Source: Parcubacteria group bacterium
GTDB lineage: Bacteria > Patescibacteriota > Minisyncoccia > Moranbacterales > UBA2206
DNA: 64,000 nucleotides
Direction of reading: 5' to 3'
Assembly: GCA_041661275.1 (NCBI GenBank)
Contig: JBAZUU010000001.1
Coordinates: 101,057 to 165,056, forward strand
Positions 19,582 to 30,343 of this stretch are shown in pieces (the stretch's first letter is position 1; each line of letters begins with the position of its first letter). The notes below the pieces were generated by a model. That model worked only from the letters and a program-made list of their open reading frames with translations. It did not search any database and was not told where the DNA came from. The position numbers and the translations under genes were made by a program.

Positions 19582-19736
19582 AATACTTTAATTAAAAATT
19601 AAAAATTTTAAATTAAAAATTTCTTCGTTAGACCTCCCCCCTAGGTATATCCTATACTATACCCCATCTTCTGTCAAATTATCTACTTTGCATTTGCAAA
19701 ATATATCAAAACTGGTATTATTACAGTAGAAAAACA

Positions 19737-20117
19737 ATGGACAACACCAAGAAGAAAATACTGGTTGTTGATGATGATCATCATCTCCTGGAAACAATCG
19801 GGCATACATTGAAAGATGCCGGCTTTGAAGTTTTGACCGCGTATGATGGACAGGAAGGACTCAACACAGCCTATGCGCAGAAACCAGATCTTATCATATT
19901 TGACGTTATTATGCCTAAAATGGATGGCCTGACTGCCCTTCGCGAATTGCGAAAAGATCAATGGGGAGGGAATGTCCCGGTGATAATCCTGACCAATGCC
20001 AGCGACAATGACAAACTGGCCGAAGCCCTGGAGTTGGGCATAGATGAGTATATAATAAAGTCCAACGTCCAGTTGAGCCATATAGCCGAAAGAATAAAGC
20101 GCATGCTTGGTGTATAA
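19737..20117 (+). CDS. Single-domain response regulator
   Basis: VVDDD, PDLIIFDVIMPKMDG, ILTN, YIIK. Confidence 0.93.
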   Translation: MDNTKKKILVVDDDHHLLETIGHTLKDAGFEVLTAYDGQEGLNTAYAQKPDLIIFDVIMPKMDGLTALRELRKDQWGGNVPVIILTNASDNDKLAEALELGIDEYIIKSNVQLSHIAERIKRMLGV

Positions 20118-20174
20118 AACAGGATGATACTTAATATAATTATAATTTCACGCCTTATCGGCGTTTTTTGTTTT

Positions 20175-20300
20175 CATCCCCCACCCCTTTTCTATTCTTT
20201 CATTTTTTTATTTTATAAGTTTCAATCTTTTAAAAAAGAGATTTTCGAAAAATCTCTTTTTTTCGCACCTTTGGCGCAAATAAAAAAGTGGTGGGGGATG
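20175..20300. repeat. ATCCCCCACC...GGTGGGGGAT inverted-repeat element
   Basis: Same terminal inverted repeat as 30898-30964. Confidence 0.6.
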
Positions 20301-20370
20301 AACTGAAATTATTTCACATTTCAGAAGTATTACAGAAGGCAACAGTAACAATTAATTTAACTTCAAAACA

Positions 20371-20559
20371 ATGGCTAAAAGTGATAGAGGATTCGCTTCG
20401 ATGGATCCTCAAAAGCAAAAACAGATAGCCTCCAAAGGCGGGAGGACTGTCAGTCAGGACAGGCGTCATATGGCGGAAATCGGCCGAAAAGGCGGGAAGT
20501 CGGTCAGTAAAGACAGGATGCATATGGCGGAAATCGGCCGAAAAGGCGGGAAGTCGTAA
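20371..20559 (+). CDS. KGG-repeat general stress protein (YciG/Con-10-like)
   Basis: RGFASMD, IASKGG, two HMAEIGRKGG repeats. Confidence 0.92.
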   Translation: MAKSDRGFASMDPQKQKQIASKGGRTVSQDRRHMAEIGRKGGKSVSKDRMHMAEIGRKGGKS

Positions 20560-20626
20560 GATAATAAAATCTATCCCTCTTTGAATATGTATCAGGCACA
20601 AACAAGTCTGAGGCTTGTTTGTGTAT

Positions 20627-21145
20627 TTATTTATTATTTTCCAACCCAATCTTCCAGATAGTTATCTGGATGAAAGTTCCGGCTCCGGCCAAAGCCATAA
20701 TAAGAAGAAACGTCCAGGAATACGGAACAGCCAAATATAGAAAAATAGTGATAAGTGACATCCATATTCCGGTACACCAGGGACAATTAATAAGATCGCT
20801 TAAATTTTTTCTAAGCCCTGTGGGAAACTGGCCAAGATACTTCCGGATATAATCCGTGACGGAATCGTAAGTCAGAAGCCGCACAAGGCGAAACGTGGCT
20901 AAAATCAGGATAAAAGAATCGAAGGCCGAGATATTATATCTTATTTTGCCGGTGATTTCCAGATAATAAGTGAGTAAAATTACCAGAGATATAAATACAA
21001 TAGAGGAAACAAAGTGCCATAAATCCTGGTCTTTTTCAATTAGTTTAGGCATAGGAATAGTCCCTGCATTATCCTTCTCTCCCTTCGGGAGAGGATATCC
21101 GCCCAAATTTTTCTTAAAATTTGTGGTGGACAGGAGAGGGAACAT
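20627..21145 (-). CDS. DUF1360 family membrane protein
   Basis: LATFRLVRLLTYD, CPWCTGIW; true start may be 21052. Confidence 0.85.
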   Translation of the reverse strand: MFPLLSTTNFKKNLGGYPLPKGEKDNAGTIPMPKLIEKDQDLWHFVSSIVFISLVILLTYYLEITGKIRYNISAFDSFILILATFRLVRLLTYDSVTDYIRKYLGQFPTGLRKNLSDLINCPWCTGIWMSLITIFLYLAVPYSWTFLLIMALAGAGTFIQITIWKIGLENNK

Positions 21146-21268
21146 TAATTATTAGTTACTGAAATGTATACAACCAACAACCGACAATATTTCCAAAGAA
21201 AAAGGGCAAATGCGCGGAGACGCGTCTGCCCTCTATAATACCGATGATTATACCACCAATGCCATATG

Positions 21269-21487
21269 CTACCCAATCGCCAATGCGACCGAGTACACAC
21301 CGGGAAGCTTAGCGATAGCATCCCTTACTTCCAGAGGCTTGCAATTGCCGTTAGGAACAAATATCCTGTTTGATACAAAATTGGGAACAGCCGAAGGGAA
21401 AATACTCCTGAGCGCCTCCCGCGTTTTTTCCAAATCACAATCTGGTTCTTTTCTAAAAGTAATGATTACTGACGATTCATTCGACAT
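21269..21487 (-). CDS. Small hypothetical protein
   Basis: 72-aa ORF with AGGAGGT RBS. Confidence 0.6.
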   Translation of the reverse strand: MSNESSVIITFRKEPDCDLEKTREALRSIFPSAVPNFVSNRIFVPNGNCKPLEVRDAIAKLPGVYSVALAIG

Positions 21488-21510
21488 AATAATACCTCCT
21501 TTATTCTGAT

Positions 21511-21711
21511 TTAGTTGCCGCGTTTACGACTGCTTGTTTTTCCGCTTCTTCGATTCTGCTTTCCCATTAAGTTCGGATTCCAGATTATTGGTTTATCTTC
21601 GGCAAAGCCAGTGAATGACTTAGCTCCGAGAAAATTTCCAATAGCTCCTGACGGAATTTTTATGGAAGTTTGGTTAAATTCCAAAGACATCAATTTTACA
21701 TTTTCGTCCAT
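21511..21711 (-). CDS. Small hypothetical protein
   Basis: 66-aa ORF with AAGGGGG RBS-like sequence, co-oriented with its neighbour. Confidence 0.5.
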   Translation of the reverse strand: MDENVKLMSLEFNQTSIKIPSGAIGNFLGAKSFTGFAEDKPIIWNPNLMGKQNRRSGKTSSRKRGN

Positions 21712-22009
21712 TTCATTATCCCCCTTAGATTTGTCGAATCATTGATAAAACTGTACCCCGGCATAAAGAAAATAATCGCCCTATGCCGGGATACAGTTTG
21801 GATAAATTTTAAAGAACTAAAAAATCGGCCTACGTTAGGCCGATTCGGGTTTATGGGAAATTTCTTTATCTTACTTCTTGAGAATTTTCCGCAAACCTAA
21901 ACCGACCTGGTTGGTAAACCAAGTAAAATAGAAATAGAATCGGTTGTTAGTTTGCTTATTCATACCTTTATAATCTATCAGCTATTGATATTTGTGTCAA
22001 ATATACTAA

Positions 22010-23332
22010 CTAATAGTCCTTTAGTTTTTTTATCGTCACGTGATCTCTTATCTTCTCCAAGGCCTTGGCTTCGATCTGACGGATACGTTCGCGGGTTACG
22101 CCGAATTCCTGACCGACTTCTTCAAGAGTGTGCGTCACGCCATCTTCCAGGCCGAATCTTATCTTCAATATTTTTTGTTCCCGCGGAGTGAGATCGTGGA
22201 GAATTTCATTTAAGTGATCTTTGAGCATCTTTCTTGAAGCGATCTGATTAGGCATCACTGTTTCCGTGTCTTCGATAAAATCTCCCAAAACTGATTCGTC
22301 ATCGGAGTCACCGACGGAAGTTTCCAGTGATACCGTTTCCTGCGAAATCTTTTGGATATGCCGCACCTTGTCCACTTCTATTCCCATTTCCACGGCAATT
22401 TCTTCAGGGAGAGGTTCGCGGCCAAGATCCTGGACAAGACGTCGAGTAACTTGCGTATATTTATTGATCGTTTCTACCATATGCACCGGGATACGGATTG
22501 TTCTTGATTGGTCAGCTAAAGCTCGCGTTACTGCCTGGCGGATCCACCAGGTGGCATAAGTGGAAAACTTATAGCCTTTCCGATAATCAAATTTTTCCAC
22601 CGCCCGGAAAAGCCCGATATTCCCCTCCTGGATCAAATCCAAGAGCGAAAGATTGTGCGATCTCCCGACATATTTCTTGGCGATAGAAACCACTAGACGC
22701 AAATTAGCCTCTGTCAGCCTTTGCTTGGCAGCAACATCACCCTTCTCGATCCTCTTGGCCAAAGATACTTCTTCTTCGGTAGTCAGAAGAGCAACGCGGC
22801 CGATCTCGCGAAGATACATCTGCACCAGATCCGATGACGCGTCTTCCGGAACGGCAATTTCTGCCGGAGTTTTTCCCTTTCTACCCTTCTTTTCTTTTTC
22901 CAGTTCTTCCGGTATCTTGTCTGTTTCCATCTTAATCATTTCATCCGAACTTAAGACCCGGATGCTGGATTTTTCCAGACGGTCATAAAGTTCCTCCAGT
23001 ATTTCTATTTCTTTTTCCGCGTCCGGTATGGCATGAAGTATTTCATCTTCCGTCACAAAACCTCTTTGTTTGGCACGGTAAATCAGATCCTCTACAGGAT
23101 CTTTGCGCCCCACTTCTTTCTTGGATATTTCCGAACGTTTTAGCTTTTTCCGTATTTTTCTACCGATCTTCTTCTGCGCCACTTTTCTTTTACCAGGTTT
23201 TCCAGCCTGCTTTTTAGCCGTTAATTTTTTGGCGGTTTTCTTCTTGGCCGTTCGGATATCCTTTTTTGGCATCCTCTTTTTGGAAGGTTTTGCTTTTTTA
23301 GACGGAGCTTTTTCCTTTTTTCTTCTGGCCAT
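22010..23332 (-). CDS. rpoD: RNA polymerase primary sigma factor
   Basis: [38 protein letters not shown]...[13 protein letters not shown]; follows dnaG. Confidence 0.97.
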   Translation of the reverse strand: MARRKKEKAPSKKAKPSKKRMPKKDIRTAKKKTAKKLTAKKQAGKPGKRKVAQKKIGRKIRKKLKRSEISKKEVGRKDPVEDLIYRAKQRGFVTEDEILHAIPDAEKEIEILEELYDRLEKSSIRVLSSDEMIKMETDKIPEELEKEKKGRKGKTPAEIAVPEDASSDLVQMYLREIGRVALLTTEEEVSLAKRIEKGDVAAKQRLTEANLRLVVSIAKKYVGRSHNLSLLDLIQEGNIGLFRAVEKFDYRKGYKFSTYATWWIRQAVTRALADQSRTIRIPVHMVETINKYTQVTRRLVQDLGREPLPEEIAVEMGIEVDKVRHIQKISQETVSLETSVGDSDDESVLGDFIEDTETVMPNQIASRKMLKDHLNEILHDLTPREQKILKIRFGLEDGVTHTLEEVGQEFGVTRERIRQIEAKALEKIRDHVTIKKLKDY

Positions 23333-23402
23333 AATATTTAGAACAAAAAGAAACCAATCGGCGCTACGCGCGCTTTTTGATTTTTAAGATAAGTTATCTA
23401 CC

Positions 23403-25187
23403 CTAAATTTCTTCTTCAAGAATTTTTTTGAATTCTATCCTTAAAAATTTCACTGCTTCTTTATCCTTTTTTTCTTCCGCCATCCTAAGATCATTCTCTA
23501 TCTTTTTCAGCTTTTCCTTTCTCAATTCTTCCCTGATTTCTGACAGTACCTTACTCAATGTTTCCTGGGGCTTTTCAATTTCCACTTCTTCCAGCTCATT
23601 GGTAAGGCTCATTCGATATTTTTTGCCAAAACTTAGCTTTTCCGCCCGCTTTTTTTCCGCTAAATCAGAAAACCAGCCAGAAAGCTTTTCCCGGGAAAAT
23701 TCAGCTGTTTTTCCTTTTTCCAAGGCAATATTCAGAAGTCTATCTTTTGGCAGAAAAGAAAGTTCTTCCTTCTTTTCCCATGCCTCCTTCCAAATATCCG
23801 GGAAAGCAAGCATAAGCCCGATTAATTCATCAACCAAAATATCAATTTTCTTCCTTTCGGCGACCGGAGCTTCCGATTCCTCCTCTTTTCTTTCCCATCT
23901 GCTCTTAAGATTAGCTTTTTTGAGAACATCCGTCAATGCGGCTTCAGTCGTTTCCAGCTTTTCGGCAATCTTTTTTATCCAATGGCTTTTTTCTACAGAA
24001 CTAGCGATACTTCCCAACATATCAGTCAGCATTTCAGAAATTTTTCTCTTATCCTCAACTTTATTCTTATCGAATTTTTTAAGACTATCGTCTAAAAAAT
24101 ATTCCATAGCGTTCTTTGATTTTTCTACCGCCTTTTTCAGCTCTTCCGGATTTTCCCGTGCCATGTCCGCCGCGTCTTTTCCGGTCTTAATGCTAACTAT
24201 TTCCACATTCATGTCACTGGCAAAACAAAGCTTGGCGCTTTTTTTCGTCGCCGCGCTTCCGGCTGAGTCCATATCAAAAAACATTTTTATCTTCGGCGTA
24301 TATCTTTTTATTATCTTCACTTGCTCTGGCGTCAGCGCCGTTCCGGAAACGGCTACGACGTTTTTTATCCCGGCTTGAGAGGCAGCAATGACATCCATAT
24401 TTCCTTCCACCAGAAGCGCGAAATCATTTTCCTTGATACTGCTTCTCGCCTTGTCCAAGCCATAAAGAACATTGCTTTTGTGATAGACTTCTGTTTCTGG
24501 CGTATTCACATATTTCGCCTGCGACCCATCCCCGCCCGGAGCGACTCTGGCCGAATATCCAACAATTTTTCCGGAGTAATCCGCAATGGGAAACATAATT
24601 CGCTCCCGAAATCTGTCGTAGTAATCATGGCCATTATCTTTTTTCACCAATAGTCCGGTTTTTTCTATCTCTTCTTTTTTATATCCGCGTTTCACCAAAA
24701 AATCTAAAACATTCCGCCACCCGCGCGGTGCGTAACCCAATCTGAATTCTTTTATCGTCTCATCTTTCAAGCCGCGTTCGCGAAGATAATTCAGTATTTT
24801 TGTTTTCCCGTCGCCTTTCCAGAGCTGTATCTCATAGAACTTGGTCGCTAGTTCCAAAATTTCCATCGTTCGGTTTTTTTGTTCCGCTTTTTTTGGATCA
24901 TATCCGGCCAAAGTCACTCCCGCTTTTTCCGCCAGCTGTTTCAGGGCTTCGCGAAATTCCAACCCTTCTATCTCCATAACAAAACTAAAAATATCCCCGC
25001 CTTTTTGACAACCGAAACATTTCCAAAACTGCTTTTCTTCAGAAACCATAAAAGAAGGCGATTTTTCATTATGAAAAGGGCAGAGAGCCCGATAATTGCT
25101 CCCTGCCTTTTCCAGTCTGATATATTCGCCCAAAACGTCGATAATATTGAGCCGTGATTTTATCTCCTCAAGATCGTTATTCATCAC
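23403..25187 (-). CDS. dnaG: DNA primase
   Basis: CPFHNEKSPSF...CFGC Zn finger, KYVNTPET, VEGNMD, DMDSAG Toprim. Confidence 0.97.
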   Translation of the reverse strand: MMNNDLEEIKSRLNIIDVLGEYIRLEKAGSNYRALCPFHNEKSPSFMVSEEKQFWKCFGCQKGGDIFSFVMEIEGLEFREALKQLAEKAGVTLAGYDPKKAEQKNRTMEILELATKFYEIQLWKGDGKTKILNYLRERGLKDETIKEFRLGYAPRGWRNVLDFLVKRGYKKEEIEKTGLLVKKDNGHDYYDRFRERIMFPIADYSGKIVGYSARVAPGGDGSQAKYVNTPETEVYHKSNVLYGLDKARSSIKENDFALLVEGNMDVIAASQAGIKNVVAVSGTALTPEQVKIIKRYTPKIKMFFDMDSAGSAATKKSAKLCFASDMNVEIVSIKTGKDAADMARENPEELKKAVEKSKNAMEYFLDDSLKKFDKNKVEDKRKISEMLTDMLGSIASSVEKSHWIKKIAEKLETTEAALTDVLKKANLKSRWERKEEESEAPVAERKKIDILVDELIGLMLAFPDIWKEAWEKKEELSFLPKDRLLNIALEKGKTAEFSREKLSGWFSDLAEKKRAEKLSFGKKYRMSLTNELEEVEIEKPQETLSKVLSEIREELRKEKLKKIENDLRMAEEKKDKEAVKFLRIEFKKILEEEI

Positions 25188-25230
25188 CTATAATCCTAGT
25201 ATATTACACAAAAGAATGCAAAATATTGCG

Positions 25231-26064
25231 TTATTTTATTCTCTTGAGCTTTACTTTCGCCAATGACTTAAAATTATTTCTGGAAATCACTGGCCTGCCC
25301 GACTTTTTCTCAATATCAAGTCTCGCCCTGCCAGCCACCGTTCCGCCCTCAATAGCCACTCTCCTATTTTCGGGAAATGTTTTTGGTTTTTTTGATTTGG
25401 ATATTTCCGTCGTCGCTGTTTCGGCTAGCATATTTAGCACCAATTCCAGATTAGTCATATTATCCCGCAAATTTTCTTTTTTCAAGTCTTTGTGTTTTTT
25501 ATAGTCTTTTGTTCTCATTCCCGCCCAGGCAAAAGTGATGTCGTCTGTGAGAATAGCAAATATATCATTGGTTTTTATTCCTCGGTCATTCCACTCATTA
25601 GTCAGATCTTTTCTGATCTCGATGCTTTTTAGCCTCAAATCCACCCAATTTTTGGAATAACCTTTTTTGAGATATGTCGCCATCGCTCTTTGGATGGCCT
25701 TCTCCGGATCTTCCGTTTCTTCTACTCGCTCATAGCCAACTCGCGCCAGCCAAAGCTTAAACGGCTCGGCATTGGGCGAAGGAATAGACTGAATAATGCG
25801 AAGCATCGTTTCTGTGTCAGCTACATCAGTAAGATAATGCTTACCATCAGTTGCCTGCATTTTCAGTTGTACGATTTTCTCGTACACCTGACTTCCTTCA
25901 TTTTTTAACTTATTTTTCAAGTCCGACCAGTAACGTTTTGGTATAGTGCTGCCTGTTAAAATTTCCACTATATCTATCACGGAAAAAAACCATAACTCTC
26001 TTTCATCATCCCAATGCCTTCTAATTTCCCTGCCTTCAAAAATAGCTATCTTTTTTGTTTTCAT
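25231..26064 (-). CDS. Bro-N domain (antirepressor-like) protein
   Basis: WFFSVIDIV, RYWSDLK, IQSIPSPNAEPFKLWLA, ENLRDNMT. Confidence 0.88.
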   Translation of the reverse strand: MKTKKIAIFEGREIRRHWDDERELWFFSVIDIVEILTGSTIPKRYWSDLKNKLKNEGSQVYEKIVQLKMQATDGKHYLTDVADTETMLRIIQSIPSPNAEPFKLWLARVGYERVEETEDPEKAIQRAMATYLKKGYSKNWVDLRLKSIEIRKDLTNEWNDRGIKTNDIFAILTDDITFAWAGMRTKDYKKHKDLKKENLRDNMTNLELVLNMLAETATTEISKSKKPKTFPENRRVAIEGGTVAGRARLDIEKKSGRPVISRNNFKSLAKVKLKRIK

Positions 26065-26182
26065 CTTCGTGTTATCTTATTAATTATAGTGATATTATAT
26101 CACTATAATTAACTCCTGTCCATCCCTCTAGATGTGGATAATTTTTTGACAAAGACGAGCTAATTTACAAAATATTGCGCTG

Positions 26183-26590
26183 TTAATTAATTCTATCCAA
26201 ATCAGCATCCAATACAATATGATCGAATGCTATAAGCTCTTCGTAATGGGGATGTTTCTCATCAATAGGATTCAATAAAAATATCTTCTTTCCGAGATAA
26301 AAAGCGATTAAAAGCTCCATTAAAGTATTGGATCCAAAATATCCATCTATCCCTTTCTTTTCGTGGTTTAGTATAAGTACGGCATGAGAATTTTCTATTT
26401 TTTTCCATTGATTTTTAGTCCAGATTGGCTTCATTTCTAAAAAGTTTTCCCTTCCGTGATTTTCCTGATATCACTCTTCAGTAACTAGCGGATCAGGCGT
26501 AAAAACCTCATGCCCTTTATTGGTCAGATAATCAGCCGCTTTTGCCATCTCATCAACAAATGTACAACTTCCACAAATCGTTATTTTCAT
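26183..26590 (-). pseudogene. Nucleoside 2-deoxyribosyltransferase-like protein with in-frame TGA at 26471-26473
   Basis: MKITICGS...GHEV...TEE*YQENHG continues in frame into AVLILN...GYFGSNTLMELLIAFYLGKKIFLLN. Confidence 0.7.
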
Positions 26591-26616
26591 ACTATTTTAT
26601 TAGCCAATTTGGTCTG

Positions 26617-26703
26617 CGGAAAGGGGGGGATTCGAACCCCCGGTGCCATTTCTGACACGCATGCTTTCCAAGCATGTCGATTAAACCGCTCTCGCACCTT
26701 TCC
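26617..26703 (-). tRNA. tRNA-Ser (GGA)
   Basis: Acceptor stem GGAAAGG/CCTTTCC, anticodon arm CATGC-TTGGAAA-GCATG, long variable arm, GTTCGAATC; CCA not encoded. Confidence 0.95.
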
Positions 26704-26772
26704 ATGATTTTAAAACGAGGCTCTAAACCTCGTTCTTACTTTACCAGCTAAAATGTCATAAATCAACTAAAA

Positions 26773-26900
26773 CGTCATCTCGAGCGAGTTCGACCAAAGG
26801 AAGAACGAGTCGAGAGATCTACTCAATAATAACGCTTGCGAACCTATTCGGTAGATTCCTCGACTCACACTCATTCCATTCGTGTTCGCTCGGAATGACG
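26773..26900. repeat. GTCAT...ATGAC REP-like palindromic element, copy 1
   Basis: CGTCATCTCGAGCGAG...GAGATCT / AGATTCCTCGAC...GCTCGGAATGACG. Confidence 0.8.
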
Positions 26901-26902
26901 AA

Positions 26903-28390
26903 TCATTCCACTTCATTCACCTCCACTGACCTAACTTTGTGGCCTTTTTTGTCAATGCCTAAAACTATGACTATTTTATCTTCCTTTTTTATCCTCCTTT
27001 CTTTTTTCGCTTTTTGGATGATTGCGTCGATAAAACTGTGATTATTTTCTTTCAAATTCAAAAGATACGGCTCGACGCCCCAAACTATTGAGAGCTGGTT
27101 GTAAACTTTCGGATTTTCAGTGGCAACAAATATGTGCCGTTCGGGACGGTAGTTAGAAATGGCACGGGCGGTGAAACCGGAAAAGGAAACAGCCAAAATT
27201 GCCTTGGCATCTTCTTTCTTGGCCATCTTCCAGGCTCCGGCAATAAAGTTAGCATATTCTTTTTTTATATGATCTTCGATTTCGATATGCTTGGGAACAT
27301 AATCATCAAACCGCGATTCTTCCGTGTCGCAGATTATCTGGCTCATTATCCGCACCGAATCAATCGGAAACTTTCCATTGGCCGATTCTCCGGAAAGCAT
27401 GGTGGCGTCAGCGTGATCAATGACGGCGTTCGAAACATCGGAAACTTCAGCGCGCGTAGGCAGTGGATTTTCAATCATCGAGTTGAGCATTTGCGTGGCT
27501 ACTATCACGGGTTTTGCCGCTTTCAAACATTTGGCGATAATTTCTTTTTGGTAGAGAACCACTTTTGTTTCCGGAAGCTCTATCCCCAGATCGCCTCTGG
27601 CTACCATAATGACATCAGACACTTCAATGAGTTCATCGATATTGATAATCGCTTCCTTTCTCTCAATTTTCGACACAATTTGTGGCAAATGTTCTTTGTC
27701 TTTGGCTAATTTTCTAATTTTTTCCCTAGTTTCTTTGATATCTTTGGCATAACTAACAAAAGAAAGAGCGACAAAATCAACATCTTTTTCAGCTACTGCA
27801 TAAACCATATCCTTTTCATCTTTTTCCGTCACTGGAGGAATATTTAGTTTGGCATCCGGAATGTTCACTCCCTTGTGATTTCTGACCACCCCGCCAGCGA
27901 CCACTTCTCCGATCAAAATATCATCTTTCTTTTCAACTACTTTTATTTTCATCAATCCATCTTCAATCAGAATTTCATTCCCAATTTCTATATCTTTAAT
28001 TATCCCCGGCCAATCCAATCCTATGCTTTTAATTTTATTTTTGGATTTTGGATTTTGGATTTTATTTGGAATTTGTAATTTATCATTTGAAATTTGGGAG
28101 CTAACCGATGCATCAGTGACGTTAATTTTTTCACCTACTTTTATTTCTACATCCTCACTGACTATTGTTCTTATGCGCGGTCCTTGCAGATCAGCCATAA
28201 TTCCCACTGGAATATTCAGTTTTCGGCTGATGTTTCTGATGTTATCAATCAATTCCCCATTAGATTCATGTGTTCCATGGGAAAAATTTATTCGCGCCAC
28301 ATTCATTCCGGCCATAATCATTTGCTCCAAAATTTTCGGTTCGGATGATGCCGGTCCGATTGTTGCTACAATTTTTGTTTTCTTTTGCAT
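26903..28390 (-). CDS. pyk: Pyruvate kinase
   Basis: KTKIVATIGPAS, ARINFSHG, DLQGP, MVARGDLG, ATQML, MLSGES; start MQKK at 28390. Confidence 0.96.
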   Translation of the reverse strand: MQKKTKIVATIGPASSEPKILEQMIMAGMNVARINFSHGTHESNGELIDNIRNISRKLNIPVGIMADLQGPRIRTIVSEDVEIKVGEKINVTDASVSSQISNDKLQIPNKIQNPKSKNKIKSIGLDWPGIIKDIEIGNEILIEDGLMKIKVVEKKDDILIGEVVAGGVVRNHKGVNIPDAKLNIPPVTEKDEKDMVYAVAEKDVDFVALSFVSYAKDIKETREKIRKLAKDKEHLPQIVSKIERKEAIINIDELIEVSDVIMVARGDLGIELPETKVVLYQKEIIAKCLKAAKPVIVATQMLNSMIENPLPTRAEVSDVSNAVIDHADATMLSGESANGKFPIDSVRIMSQIICDTEESRFDDYVPKHIEIEDHIKKEYANFIAGAWKMAKKEDAKAILAVSFSGFTARAISNYRPERHIFVATENPKVYNQLSIVWGVEPYLLNLKENNHSFIDAIIQKAKKERRIKKEDKIVIVLGIDKKGHKVRSVEVNEVE

Positions 28391-28497
28391 ACATATATTA
28401 TATTCGTAATTCGTACATTCGTAAACATTCGTAATTCGTAGAGACAAACAAAAACAGACAATCCAAAAAGAATTGCCTGTTCTATATAAATTCAAGT

Positions 28498-28881
28498 TTA
28501 TTTGATAAGTTGAAATCCTCCGATAACTGGAAGCTTTTTCATCTCACCCTTTGAAGCATTGATGATTCCCAGAATCATAAATACGATGCTAGCGATCATG
28601 ACGATGAACCATAGCAGGATTCCGATGAATATAAAGGTTAGGATAGTTGAAGCTATATATCCAACGACCGTGAAAAGCAGAAAGTTCAACTGTTGATTGG
28701 CATGAAATTTGGCAAACGGACTGTTTTTGGCATCAGACACTAACGGAACGAAAAACAGAATTGGAAAAATATATCCGATAATCGCAAACAGTTTATTTTT
28801 TTCCGCATCACTGCCACCACCTTGGGGAGCCTGCGGAGCAGGAGCTACTGGCGGAGTTTGTTGTGCATTTTGTTCTTCCAT
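28498..28881 (-). CDS. DUF4870 family membrane protein
   Basis: KFHANQ, GIINASKGEMKKLPVIG. Confidence 0.85.
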   Translation of the reverse strand: MEEQNAQQTPPVAPAPQAPQGGGSDAEKNKLFAIIGYIFPILFFVPLVSDAKNSPFAKFHANQQLNFLLFTVVGYIASTILTFIFIGILLWFIVMIASIVFMILGIINASKGEMKKLPVIGGFQLIK

Positions 28882-28955
28882 AAGTCACCCACCTTTCTAT
28901 TTTTATCTTTGTTTACTGTTTCTATAATATCACACTACCAGCAATATTCCAAATC

Positions 28956-29318
28956 CTACATTATCCCCGCAATTTCACTCAAAATATCCTCCGGAATCGG
29001 ATTTCTCTTGGGACTCACGCCAGGATATCTCCAAGCGCTGATAATTTTTATCGCTTTCTTCTTACTTCTTTCTTCTTTCTTCTTATCCTGGTACATAGCC
29101 CAAACTTCTGACTTCCACACTGTTTTATTATTAATAGTCTTCGGACTTACTGGTTGCATAACCGCCACGGTCTTTTCCGCAATCCCTTCTTCCTTTCTGG
29201 CTGGACGACTAATAACGCCCAGAATTTTCTGGGCGGAAAGACCGTAATATTGCATCTTAAATTTCACATGATTAGTCCAGTGGTATTGAGAAGTATTTTT
29301 TGGGCTTTTGGAAAACAT
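28956..29318 (-). CDS. Conserved hypothetical protein (DUF4258-like pattern)
   Basis: WTNHVKFKM...KIISAWRYPG; overlaps the htpX stop by 1 bp. Confidence 0.7.
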   Translation of the reverse strand: MFSKSPKNTSQYHWTNHVKFKMQYYGLSAQKILGVISRPARKEEGIAEKTVAVMQPVSPKTINNKTVWKSEVWAMYQDKKKEERSKKKAIKIISAWRYPGVSPKRNPIPEDILSEIAGIM

Positions 29319-30211
29319 TATTTTACATCCATTCCCCGGAGCGCCCTCACTCTATCTTCAATCGGTGGATGAGTTAAAAACATTTTGGAAATTTTTTTTC
29401 CTTTGAAAGGATTGGTGATATAGAGATGAGCAGTGGCACGATTAGCAGCTTCCAATTTTTCCGGATCAGCTGAAATTTTTTCAAGCGCTCGCGCCAGTCC
29501 ATCAGGATAACGGGTGAGAAGCGCGCCATCGGCATCAGCTAAAAATTCCCGCTTTCGGGAAATAGCTAACTGCATGAGAACCGCGGCAATTGGCGCGAGA
29601 ATTGATAAGACTATAGCCAAAATTATCATAATTAGTCTCATTTGCCCCCCGCCCTCATTGTCGCTTCCCCGCCTTCCCCAAAAAGCCCAGTGGCGGAACC
29701 AATCGGCCATCAAGGCCACAAACCCAACCAGAACTACCACTACTGTGGAAAGCAAGATGTCGCGGTTGCCAATATGGGAAAGTTCGTGAGCAATGACACC
29801 CTGGAGTTCAGATTTCTCGAGCTTGTTTATTATTCCGGTGGTGAGACAAATAACTCCATGCTCCGGATCGCGACCAGTAGCAAAGGCATTGGGAGCGCTA
29901 TCTTGAATGATATATATTTTCGGCACCGGTAGCCCGGCAGTAATGCAAAGATTTTCCACTAGGTGATAAATTTCCGGATTACTATTGTGATCCAAGGGTT
30001 TAGCGCTCGACATGGCGAGAACAATTTTATCGCTCCACCAATAGGAGCCAAAACTCATAATAATAGAAAAAATTATCGCACCAAAAAGAATGGCGCTATT
30101 ATTCATCGCTCCGGCAAAAACATAACCAACCATGATGACAAAAATCAGGAAAAAGGTGATATAAAGATAGGTCAGCCGCGTATTTCTATCGGCTTGAGTA
30201 TATAGTGTCAT
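29318..30211 (-). CDS. htpX: M48 zinc metalloprotease HtpX
   Basis: PNAFATG, AHELSH, SRKREFLADA, THPP. Confidence 0.95.
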   Translation of the reverse strand: MTLYTQADRNTRLTYLYITFFLIFVIMVGYVFAGAMNNSAILFGAIIFSIIMSFGSYWWSDKIVLAMSSAKPLDHNSNPEIYHLVENLCITAGLPVPKIYIIQDSAPNAFATGRDPEHGVICLTTGIINKLEKSELQGVIAHELSHIGNRDILLSTVVVVLVGFVALMADWFRHWAFWGRRGSDNEGGGQMRLIMIILAIVLSILAPIAAVLMQLAISRKREFLADADGALLTRYPDGLARALEKISADPEKLEAANRATAHLYITNPFKGKKISKMFLTHPPIEDRVRALRGMDVK

Positions 30212-30343
30212 AAATTACAAATTCAAATATCTAAATCCTAAATAAATTCAAAATTATAATTTTCAAAATACAAAACGTTTTAAATTTTGGATTTTGATAT
30301 TGTAATTTATTTGGAATTTGAGATTTTGAATTTTGGATTTTTG

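Noticed and set aside
20450-20557. 60-bp tandem DNA repeat
   Set aside because: Explained by the coding KGG repeats
23428-24378. 316-aa plus-strand ORF
   Set aside because: Antisense shadow of dnaG (Ser/Phe-rich)
25231-26064. Prophage suggested by the Bro-N gene (and ORF6N at 38363)
   Set aside because: Isolated genes among housekeeping loci; no integrase, terminase or structural genes in the window
14316-26473. Genome-wide UGA recoding (code 25 or 4)
   Set aside because: polA, holA, ruvB and pyk end in TGA at their expected C-termini, and ATGA stop/start overlaps occur
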